A stretch of 64,000 nucleotides of DNA, taken from contig OZ024743.1 of assembly GCA_964016885.1 (NCBI GenBank), forward strand, positions 1,984,001 to 2,048,000. The letters run 5' to 3'. The notes under the pieces are model-generated. The model saw only the letters and a program-made list of their open reading frames with translations, was not told where the DNA came from and made no database searches. This stretch comes from Eledone cirrhosa. Taxonomy: Eukaryota. Below, in pieces: positions 18,041 to 29,800 of the stretch; position 1 is the stretch's first letter; each line of letters starts with the position of its first letter. The translations under genes were made by a program, and so were the position numbers.

Positions 18041-18259
18041 CCCTTTAGCATTTATATTCCTCTCTATATACTGTTGCATTTTCACGGTAAACATTTTATT
18101 TCACATAATTATCTCACATAATATCAAATCTACAAGATTTTGATATCATTTATTTTGAGAAGAATACCTTAACATAAGTATGAACAGCCAGTTACAGCTG
18201 ATTTGAACAGAAAGAGGTGAGAGTTCTGGCCGGATATGGCCGGTTTAAATGCTAAAGGG
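18041..18259 (+). mobile_element. piggyBac-type MITE
   Basis: TTAA on both sides; TIR CCCTTTAGCATTTA / TAAATGCTAAAGGG; further copies at 38423, 39498 and 41660. Confidence 0.88.
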
Positions 18260-19469
18260 TTAAATAACATTTTTCCAACATAACTTCATATAATAACCAT
18301 ATGTTAAGTTTCTGTCTTAGGAATGAAAATAATAATTTTAGCAAATCCTTCAAAATTCTTCATTGATTGGCATAAAATCATTCACTGACACATCCATGCC
18401 TCAGACCCACACAGGTACTGTTTCCTCCCTCATGGTTTCTATTGCTATTAGAATGGTCTCTATTTCTCACTTTCTGGTCTCATGCCTTCACTCCTAATTC
18501 ATTTGTATCTCCTCCTCAAGAAGTTTTTTGAAAAATGAAATAAAAGATAAAATAAATCAAAATAACCACAGGCGAACGGGATTGGAAGGTGAGATTTTGT
18601 CTTTGCAGAAGCTGTAATCTTTAACCCTTTTAATATGAAACTGCCTGAAACTGCTCCCAGTCATATAATACAAAACTACTTGTTTTAAAGTGTTTATATT
18701 TATCTAAAAACCTTCCACCATTATTTTAATTTCTAAAAACCTCGTACAAATACATACGGATGTGATTCGAGGTGTGAGGGAGTTATACATCAAGACAAAA
18801 TAATATTGTGTGGACATTTACAGAAGGGAGGTAACTCTTTCATTGGACGTTACTTTAGTAAAACTTAAATAATTCAATAAACTATAATCACTGAATTAAG
18901 TATCAATCTAAGTACTAGCGTTGACGTAGTTTAGTAAAACTGTTAAAGGTGGTGCTCCAGCTAGGCCGTATTCCAATGGCATCATCAGTAAAAGTGTTTT
19001 TTAAAAAAAGAATTGAAATAAAAAATATTTAATTTAAATTATATGCTAATTTATTAGGATTAGATATTCTCAAAAAATGTCAGCCTGTGAAAAAAGCTGC
19101 GTGGAATAAAGGTTTTGTGTAGTTATATTATAGTATTTAACGTGTCCTTCCTTTTTTGACAATAGGGTGAGGATTTTAGAGAGATATGACTACTATTTTT
19201 AGCAGGTCGGATGACAAATAGGGGCTCCTTGTTGGCTTATGTGTGTATGTGTATGAAGGATGGGGAGTGGGGAGTAGAGAAAACAGTAAAATAGAAACAA
19301 GTTAATGATAAAAGAGCAAAAAACACTGTGTGAGAGAGTAAATGACGGTACAAGACTGAAAATAGATACCAGTGTAACCAGCAGCTCGTGAAAACACGAC
19401 TTCCGGGCCACAGACCTTGCCACAGAGGTTGAAGCAAGAGTGTTTGTAGGCAGATCTAACTATAGTTTC

Positions 19470-19950
19470 ATGAAACAATTCTTAATCACACTGAGCTAAA
19501 CCTCATCAAGAGAGCTTTGGCCCGGGAAAACATCCCCTCAATTTTGAAACCGTCTGAGTTGTCCAGAATTGGTGGGAAAAGACCTGACGGTCTTACCCTG
19601 TGCCCTGGTTAAGAGGCAGGTGTCTTATCTGGCACGTCACAGTTAGTGACTCTTTTGCTTCTTCCCACATCTTGGATGCTTCGGTTAGGGCGAGAGCTAC
19701 AGCTTCCGCAGCCGAACGGAACAAAATCCTTAAATACCGTGTTCTGTCAGCTAACTACATTATCCAGCCTGTGGCGTTCGAGACGTTTGGGGGAGTCGGG
19801 CTACTGACAGTGAGGTTCTTATCTTCACTGGCGGCTCGCCTAACCGAAGTAACTGGTGATGCTCGTGAGGGCGCTTGTCTGTTCCAACGTATCAGCCTCG
19901 CCATCACCCGAGTAACGCTGCGAGCGTGATGGCTTGTCTCACATATTATT
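19470..19950 (+). mobile_element. Non-LTR retrotransposon C-terminal restriction-like endonuclease fragment (CRE-like)
   Basis: GKRPDGLTL / PW.RGR.L.W.VTV.DSFA..K.LKY..PVAFETFG..LFQRISLAI. Confidence 0.8.
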
Positions 19951-20379
19951 AGAGAGGTTTCCCAGTGCTCCTCGCGATATTGTTATCTTTTGCTCTGGCA
20001 GCGGTTAGTTTGTCCACCTCTTTCACCTGCCTTTTGTTCTATGTGGTCCCAGATGTGTGTATTACCTACTTGTGTGTTTTTCTCTCTTTCTTTTTTTCTT
20101 TCCTTTTTCTTTCTTTTTTTCTCTTTCTATTTGTAATATTATGTTGAGGGTTATGCCTTAATCTTTAGAAAGAAGAGAACCAAAGCCCTAAAGCAATAGC
20201 TGGGGTCGCAGAGTGGCGTTCCAGTTTAATCTGGTCGAGGAGTGACAGAAACGATCTTTATAAGGCTTAGGTGCACAACACACAAGTCTTCAGTTGCCAA
20301 ATGGTTTAAAGACATCAGCAGAAAAACACTCAAGAGTCATGACCTGAATGTGGCTCGGCCTCCTTAGAGTGTAAAGAGG

Positions 20380-23071
20380 TAAGGGTTAAAACACTTGCTT
20401 GAGACGTACTCGACAACAGAGAAGGACTATCCTTAGGAGAAAAATATGGAAGCTAAAGGACCCCACAACCAGTAACAAATTTAAAAGCATATTACTTGAT
20501 GCTTTTGACAGTAAGGAAGAGCAATTAGAGTTATACAATATAGAGGAACAGTGGGAATTCCTGAAAGCTAACCTGCTGAAGGCGACAGATGAAATCTGTG
20601 GCTGGAGCAGACCTATAGGCAGGAGGAGAGTAACTTGGTGGTGGAACAGTAAGGTGGAGGAGTCAATCAAGGCCAAAAAGCAGGCTTGGAAAGTATGGCG
20701 GGGTGGGGGGAAGTAGAGAAGACTATCAAGTGGCCAGGAGGGAAGCTAGGAGACAAGTGTACTTCGCAAGAAGGGAAGCAGAGGAAAGAAAGTTCAAGCA
20801 TGTTCTACAACGCGAGGACAAAAAACGTGAGGTGTTCAGGATTGCTAGGCAATGTGTCAAGGAAAACCGTGATATTGTCGGGGAGAAGTGTGTCCATAAT
20901 AAAGATGGTGTATTTGCCATCACTGACGCTGATAAGCAGGTAGCTTGGAAGTGTCACTACGAAAGGCTACTAAATGAGGAGAATAAATGGGAGAAAGACA
21001 GTCTCCCCCACATCGATCCAATAGAGGGACAAGCAGTGCAATTGAAGGTAGTATAATAAGTAAGGCAATCAAAGATATGAAGACGGGCAAGGTGGCCGGG
21101 CTTGTGGAAATAGTTGCTGAAATGCTAAAAGCATCTGGAACGGTGGGACACACTATGGTGACCCGGATAGTAAACCAAGTCATACAGAATGGGGTCGTAC
21201 CAAAGGACTGGCATAGCAGCATCATCATTAACTGCTACAAGGGTAAAGGAGATGCCCAAGATAGGGGTAACTATAGAGGCATTAAATTAATTGACCAAGT
21301 CATGAAGGTCACAGAAAAAGTAATAGCGCAACTAATCAGAGAGCGAATTGATCTAGATGAAATGCAGTTCGGGTTTGTGTCAGGTAAAAGTACCACAGAT
21401 GCTCTTTTCATTGTACGGCAACTACAGAAGTACCTAGCTAAAAGTAAACCCCTATACTTAGCTTTCGTTGACTTGGAGAACGCCTTTGACAGAGTCCCAC
21501 GCCCCATTATCTGGTGGGCTCTCAGAAAACTAGGTGTTGATGAATGGCTTGTGAGAGCTATACAAGCCATGTATAAAGAAACAGTCAGCAAGGTTAGAAT
21601 TAACAACGAATATAGTGAAGAGTTTATCGTAAAAGTTGGTGTTCATCAGGGCTCCGTTCTTAGCCCCCTACTATTTATTATTGCCCTTCAGGCTATAACA
21701 GGGGAGTTCAAGACTGGCTGCCCATGGGAACTCCTATATGCAGATGATCTAACGCTCATAGCTGAATCAATGGCTGAACTAGAGAAGAAATTCCAAACAT
21801 GGAAGCATGGCCTAGAATCAAAATGCCTTAAAATTAACTTGTCTAAGACTAAAGTTCTAATATGTAGGAAGGAAAATAGGGCATTGGTCCCATCTGGGAA
21901 ATGGCCATGCTCAGTGTGTAGGAAAGGAGTAGGCAGAAACTCCATTTTATGTCCCAAATGCAAAGTATGGGTGCATAAAAGATGTAGTGGGATCACAGGT
22001 AAGCTAACTAAGAATATAGATTTTATGTGGCCGGTGCTCAGGTGAAATAAGTAGCAGCAAATGCCCACAGAATACTAGCTCATTCCATTTCCCAGATGGT
22101 TCTATAGAAATAGTGGACACCTTCCGTTACCTGGGTGACAAAATCAACAGTGGTGGAGGGTGCTCCGAAAGTACTGTAGTCAGAACGGGATGGAAAAAGT
22201 TCAGAGAGCTTATACCACTATTGGCCGTTAAAGGGTTCTCTCTAAAAATGAAAGGCAGGCTGTATGATGTCTGCACACGAACAGCAATGTTACATGGCAG
22301 TGAGACATGGGCCTTGTGTGCAGAGGATCTACGCAGACTGGAGAGAAACGAAGCTTGCATGCTCCATTGGATGTGTAATAGTAATATACGCGAACGGCAA
22401 AGCATAAATGAACTAAGTGAGAAATTAGGAATAAGAGGGATCAGATGCTGTTTACTCGAGAGAAGACTACGTTGGTATGGTCACGTGATGTGCATGAAAG
22501 ACGACAGCTGTATAAAAAAGTGCAGAGCGATCAAAATAGACGGTAGCTACGGAGTAGACAGACCCAGAAAAACCTGGGACGACTTGATAAATTCAGACCT
22601 CAGACACTTACACCTTTCCAAGACAATGTCACTGGACCGAGATCTTTAGCACTACACAGTAATACAGAAGATCCGCCTTGCCTAAATACAAAGCGAAACC
22701 TACAGTCAGTAGGCACCTCCTAACCAAAAATACACCCCCGTCCCACTACCCCTTACCCCCACCCCATCTACACCACCCCTTTCGGTGTAAAGTTATGTTG
22801 GTACCACAACATTCAGTTCTAAATAAATGAGGTCGTGTAGGTGTCACGACAAAAAAAAAAACACTCCTTGCTGTAATGTGGCCGTGTAGGTAACACAAAA
22901 ACCTCCCAGTCCACACTGTAAACGTGGTTGGTGTTAGGAAGGGCATCCAGCCATAGAAAACCCACCCGAAAACAGTCCTGAGCAAGACAACCAATCTTGC
23001 CTCTAGTGGGACAATTCCCGTCCAGACCCATGTTAGCGTGGAAGATGGACGTTAAACGATGATGATGATGA
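20380..23071 (+). mobile_element. RTE LINE (subfamily B), 5'-truncated, ~2.7 kb
   Basis: ORFs 20399-22649 with full RT motif set and PHD finger, several frameshifts, 3'UTR and (GAT)n tail. Confidence 0.96.
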
Positions 23072-23254
23072 ATGGGACGGGGATTTTTCTCTGAAGACCT
23101 TCTGCTGCCCATCTCACCCTAAAGTTTCTTACTACCTAAGACTGTGTAGAAAAAAAGAAGGTAAATGAGTAGAAAACAGTAAGATAGAGGAGAGAGTATT
23201 TAGAGGAGAACAACAATAGCAACAATAAATGAGAGCTAGAGAATAAAACGATAT

Positions 23255-23550
23255 ATATAATTGTTTCTACGTTTGGCACAAGGCCAGCAATATACCAGAG
23301 CGTTACTGGTACTTTATTTTGTCGACCCCGAAAGTATGAAAGGCAAAGTTAACCTCGGCGGGATTTGATCTCAGAACATAAAGGGCCAAAACTCTATGCT
23401 GTAAAGCTCTACCGATACTGCCAATTCACCGCCCCTATAAAACGATATATATAATTGTTTCTACTTTTGGCACAAGGCCAGCAATTATTTCAGTACATTA
23501 CTGGTACTTTATTTTATCGACCCCGTAAGGATGAAAGGCAAAGTTAACCT
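23255..23550 (-). mobile_element. SINE family B (one full copy and one partial tandem copy)
   Basis: Reverse complement of GGCGGTGAATTGGCAG..GAGGTTAACTTTGCCTTTCAT..GGTCGA..AAAGTACCAGT..GGCCTTGTGCCAAA.GTAGAAACAATT. Confidence 0.8.
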
Positions 23551-23730
23551 GCGATACAGAAAGCAACAGAGAGAGACGGGGGAGTAAAAGGGAAAGAGTA
23601 AGAATGTGATAGAGAGAAAAGGTAAGAGAGAAAGTTTCATAGATAGATAGAGATAAATAGTTAAGTAGAGAGAACTAGCCGGTTCGAAATAATTATTTCC
23701 GTTCCAAGTTTTACATCCACCATTAGTTAA

Positions 23731-23770
23731 TCACGTGACGACACATGTCTTCTGGTCTATTTTGACGTGG
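23731..23770 (+). promoter_or_regulatory. Putative COG7 promoter motifs: TCACGTGAC (E-box/CLEAR-like) and TGACGTGG (UPRE/CREB3-like)
   Basis: Motifs at 23731-23739 and 23763-23770, 125-160 nt upstream of the inferred ATG, in non-repetitive sequence. Confidence 0.45.
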
Positions 23771-23892
23771 AAAACACTGAAGAAGGAAATATATATTTTT
23801 ATATATACACCACTGTTTAATGTGTGTGTCATTTGCATTATAATGTATTAAAATTATTCAAAAGGATATTTTAGACTTCCACTTACAGCAGC

Positions 23893-23895
23893 ATG
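23893..23895 (+). CDS. COG7: COG7 coding exon 1 (ATG only)
   Basis: CAGCATG|GTAAAT; exon 2 begins at Asp2 in phase 0. Confidence 0.6.
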
Positions 23896-26800
23896 GTAAA
23901 TAACATCTTCCAATATATCACCTCCTTGTAATTTTTAAATGTTTTCTCTTATATTCCTTTGTAAACACTAAAATATAATTTTTCACTGACAAAACTGTCT
24001 TTTTCATTTATATTGTTACAAAATGTTGATGTTGTTGCTGTCAGTCCCCCAGATCAGCCCTAATCCTGCTCACCTATGATCAAAAGCGTTCCGCGCATGT
24101 TTATTTTGTTTATCATGCCGTAAGCGACATTGTCTAATGTAGCTTCCTTTCATTTTGTTAAGACAGTTGTTATCAGGTGTGCCCTAATTAAATAAATCTG
24201 TAATCGAAGGTGTTCCCGTCATAACTCTCCTAAGTTATTGTATATCGGAGACCACATTGTCCAGTGTTTCCTTTCTTTTATAGAGTGTCATTTGTATACC
24301 TTGATATGTAAGACGGGTAACATTTGGGTTTGCTGTTGTTAAACCCCAACTCAGCCCTGATTAAATAAACGTATGACCGAAAGCGTTCCATTAGTGAAGA
24401 TTCCTTTTTATTCTATATCAAGGACTACATTATTCAATGACTCCATCCTTTTGTGAAGACAGAGAAGTAACATTTGCAGTAAATGAAAATAACTCGTCCG
24501 ACTCAGTGCTTATATACACATTACTGTTTGTTGTCAAGTCAGTATTGACACCCAGTTGTGGTCACCCTGTCGTATTGTATACCAATGACTACATTCTCAA
24601 ATGTGTCCTTCTTTTTGTAGAGTGTCATTTCAGATGCGTGTTTGTATTGTTTAGTCCCATGTCAACTCTGATTAAATAAACCTGTGATTAAAGACATTCC
24701 AGTCATGACCAGCCTGTCTCATTGTATATTAGGAACGACATTATCCCCTGAGTCTTTCCTTCTCTTTATGACAATAGGATAATATTTATGGTGGTGAATT
24801 GGCAGAGTCAGTAGAGCGTCGGACCATATGCTTTGCGGTGTAGAGTTGCGGCCCTTTACACATTGAGTTCAAATGCCACCGAGGTTAGCTTTCCCTTTCA
24901 TCCTTACTGGGGTCGATAAAATAAAGTACCAGTAATGCATTGAGGTCAATTTCATTGACTTCCCCAAAATTGTTAACCTTGTGCCTATATCAGAAACCAA
25001 TATTTATGTTTTATCGCCCATGGCCAGTCATGATTAAACAAACCTATGATCAAAGGCGTTCCAGCCAGTACCGTTCCAATCTTATTGTCTACCAATGAAC
25101 GTTGAGTGGTGAAGTTCCCTTCGCAGTCGTCAGGTCTCGGGTTCGATCCCACTGTATGGCATTTTGAACAAGTTTCTTTACCATTGTCTCTGATGAAATC
25201 ACAAGCCTTGTGAATGATATCTCATCGATTGGATTGTACCCATAATCTGTCACGCTGATTTTGCCTGAGAATTACGTTAAAAGTACACGTGTCTGTGGAA
25301 TACTCAACTACGTACTAGATGATCGAACAATTAAATGTTCATCGTCGAAACCGATGGAGGATTTATCATTCTATATAAAGCCCTATGTTATCCAATGTAT
25401 CCCTCCATTTAAGACAGTAGACTCATTTAAAATCTTTATTGATATTGTTTAGCCTAAGTTCAGCTCTGATTAAATACACCAACGATCAAAGTCATGACAG
25501 TCTCATCTTATCAGGAATAAAATTGTTCAATTGTTCTTCCTTTGGTTAAGGCAGTTTGGTATCATTTGAGGTTGTTGTTTAGCCCGGGATTGACCATGAT
25601 TAAATAAACTAGTGATTCCAGTAAACTTACTCTATAGAATTGTTATTTCCGGTATTCTTACTCTATAGAATTGTTTTAAGAATCTCAAGTAACAAATACA
25701 TAATTTCTATATAAATAACTTCTTTTTTTATTTTCAGGATTATTCCAAATTTTTAGATGAGAATTTCGATGTAAAGGAATGGGTGAATGGGGCTTTCAGG
25801 TCCCATAAAGACACTACTGTTAGTAAAGATGTAAGTGGTTTGATGTTATGACATTTTGACAACACAAAGAAACTAATAGCTATAGTCTTAATACTATAAA
25901 TCAATACTACGTATTAACTATACATTATTGTATTAATTCTATAAATTATAATATTAACTATATAAATTGTAGTATCAATACTATAGGGTAGATAGAAACT
26001 GTATAGATGAACTGTATTAGATGAACTGTATCTGTTCTTAAATGATAGACAGTCCTTCACTCTGTTTATAAAACCCCACCCACCCTGGCCTTGTTGAAAG
26101 CATGCAACCTTGTGATTAAGCTGTTGGACTCACAACCATAAGGTCATAGGTTTGAGAGGATTGTGCATTGTGTTCTTGAGCAAAGCATTTCACTTCGCAA
26201 TGCCTCAGCTTGCATGGCTGAAAAAATAAGTACCAGCTGCAGTTGAGATTTAATTTTGCAATGGCCAGAGTTTATCCTGGTTTCATTGGCATTAAATAAC
26301 TGAGAGCAAAAGGCTTACTTCATCGCAAGGTTAACCTCGGCTGCTGTTGGTACTCATTTTTGGTTGAGTAGACTGGAGCAACATAAAATGAAGTGTTTTG
26401 CTCAACATACCACCTTACAATCATGAGCCTGACACCATAATCACTAGGTTGTGTGTCTTCACTGGGATTGTACAAGAAATATATATGATGTTATATATAA
26501 TTTGTTTCTCTTTGCAGCAATATGCCACAACATTAGTGATGAAATTGCAAATGTTTATTCAAGTAAGTTCTAACATTTTCTCTGATACATTATTGTTCTT
26601 CTTCAAGTGTTTTACAGCCATTTCTCCTTTATAAGATGTAAAGGAATTAGTGAGGTTAGTTTACAGCTAGATGTCCCTTTTTTTACCACCAACCATTGAA
26701 TGGTGAAGGAGAGATGAGCCCTATTTATGACCATCATCAATGGCATGGGTTGGACAAGTTGTCACTATTTCTTGCATCAACATGGTTTCTACTGCTGGAT

Positions 26801-29800
26801 TTCCTTCCTAACTCCAACCACTTTACATAGTGCACTAGGTGTGTTTTATCATGGCACCTGCACTAGAGAGGTTGTTATGTTCTCAGCATGGCAAAAGAGG
26901 CCCTCTCGACTCTATGGTTTTTCTGTTCATCATCATGTGTCTATGTATGACATAAGTGACAACTAAAAGGATGGAAAGAGCATCAGGCCGTAAAATACTG
27001 CCTCAAAAGTCCCACCTCATACATGTTAACATGGAAAATCCCACCTGACACATGTTAACATGAAAAGTCCCACCTGACACATGTTATCATGGAAAGCTGG
27101 ATGTAAAAACAATGAACATAATGATTTCAACACCATTATTCACTTATTTGTTATATCAATCCTGTTCAAAAGTGTTCTTATTCAATGATGTCCCTGTATT
27201 CATGTAACACTGTTTATCCTATTACAGGAAGTCAACAATGTCATAGAAGACTCCAGCCAACAGGCCTTACAGAATTTACCAAGGTATATAGCTATTGACA
27301 TTCTCTCTCTCTCTTTGCTACTTTTTGGTGAAAGGAGGAGTATTGAGAGACATTTTGGGAATATCATTGACACTAGATCTCCTTTAAAGAACATGAACAT
27401 TTGATTTACTTGTTAGCGTTAGGGTTTCATTGTCTGTATATATATAAGCAGAAGGGATATTCAATTTGTTGGTAATTCAACAAATATAAATGTTTATAAC
27501 TGATTCAGAGCACTCAACAGATTTTCTGGAGTATAATATACAATGATATTAAATAAATGAAAACTATATTTATAAAACCATATTTATTCTATTATATATA
27601 TTTCAAAGGTACCACAATTTTGGTACGCTATCATCAGATAAAATACAAAATGTTTTATAAATATTTGACATAACCAAGGATAACATACCTTAACGGTTCA
27701 AGTTATCCCTGGATAGTGAAGGGAAGAGAAAAAAGTCAGATATTTCAAATTATTAAGATGAAAATGCAAATGAGGTTTATGTAAAAGGGCTGAAAAAAAC
27801 GTTATTTTAGACGCTATGGAAAATTTAAATAATTATAAGTTATTGTATGCGTAGGAAAGAAGAGAATGGAAGAAGGGCTAGCATTTACGTTAATTTGGGG
27901 GAAAAGATTTGTTTACCTATATTATGAGTTATAATATTGTATATATAATCAATTAGATTATATGAAGAATTATGGTTGTAAGTATTTTTATCTTATTACA
28001 TTAGGATAGGTTATATGTATCTGTTAGAACATGAAAAGTGTGAAACAACAGAATGTTCACTTTTCGTGTTCTAACATATATGGATAACTTCTTCATAAAT
28101 TTTCCGGGGATAGCCGTGGTGGTGGTGATCGTATGTCATTGGCTAATTTTCAACCAATCAGAGTAAGTGTTGATATATATATATATATACTATTCCCCCT
28201 CTCTATATATATATCTTACGCTTTCGCTTTACACTCCTCCCCTTCAATAACACATTTCCCCCTCTCTATATATCTCTTATACTGTTACACTTATATTTCC
28301 ATTTATTTATTCCCCCCTCTCTCTATATCTCTTCCACTGTTACTTACGCCTGTTTCTCTCTATCTGTTCCGTCTCTATATATATCTCTCTTACTCTTTCG
28401 CTTTGCACTCCTCCCCTTCAATACCATCTCTCCCCCTCTCTATATATTTGTTACTCTATCGCTGCACGCTCCTCTCCTTCAATATATCAATTACACACTT
28501 ACGCTGTACACTCCTTTATCTCCAGCGCCCCTATATATACCCCCCCCCCCGCATCTATATTTTAATGTTCCGTTGCACCGTGAATATATGTGTCTATATA
28601 TATATACATATATATTGTATATACACATTCATGTATGTGTATACACACTCATGTATGTATATACACTGGTTTTATGTGTGTATTGTAAATTTGTACTGTT
28701 AAAACACGAAACTAACATTCGATTGACACTTTGATTACCTGTACAGGCAATAGTTATTAGAATGCTGTTGAAGTGTGTATATAACATGCTTATAATATTG
28801 GTTGTATCATATTTACTTGTATATTTGTCTATATTGTTTGTTTTGTGTTAAATTATTTTATTATTATTATGTTGGATTATTTTTTTTATTATTATGTTAA
28901 ACTATTTGTATGTAATATTTAATTTTTTTATTAATTCAACTATAATAATCGACATATGAAATTTAAATCAACAATAGGAGAAAAAAAAAAATCTTATTGC
29001 ACAAACAATAATTCTGCACAAATGTTGCTCCATTATTAGATCTAATGTTGCAACGATACAGTTAAATGTTGTCTGTGTATTTTAAAAAAGATTTGCTTAT
29101 AATCTTTTCAAATTTCATTACGCCAATGATTCAAGCTCAAATTGACATTATCTAAAAAATTGTACAAACAGCGGTGGATTAGCAGTAGTGAACAGATAAA
29201 TCAGTCAATTTATTAAGATTGACTTGGCATCAATCAGCAAGACCTTCATTAGCTGCTCTCCAGCCATCTATTTAAAGCTGTATACATCTATGGTACGAAT
29301 ACACTTGGAGTTCGCGTCATCAGTCTGGAACGCCTATCTTGCTCAGAACATTGACCTCCTGGAAACTGTTCAGAGACATGCAACCAAGCGCATACCCTCC
29401 ATCAGACACCTACCATACCCTGAATATTTTGCTTCCCTCTGGCAATGGACTTGGTAAACACCCACAAAGTTATTAACCATCTGACCAACAACAACCCCGA
29501 ACACCTTTTTGATCTCCATGTGTCTAACACGTGGACATGCCTACAAAGTCAGAAAACAACACAGCTCCCATGACTTTAGGAAATATTTCTTCATGCTCAG
29601 AGTTGCTGAAGGATGGAACAAACTTCCTGCATCAGTTGTTAGCTGATGACACACTGCATCCTTTAAAACCATCATACATTCCGAAATACACCAAAACTAC
29701 ACCTGATGTCCCCCTTCCATACACATGCACATATGTGTATATCATGACTCATGCACTGTTCTTTTTTCCTGACGTTTTTATATTACCCTATGTATTATAT

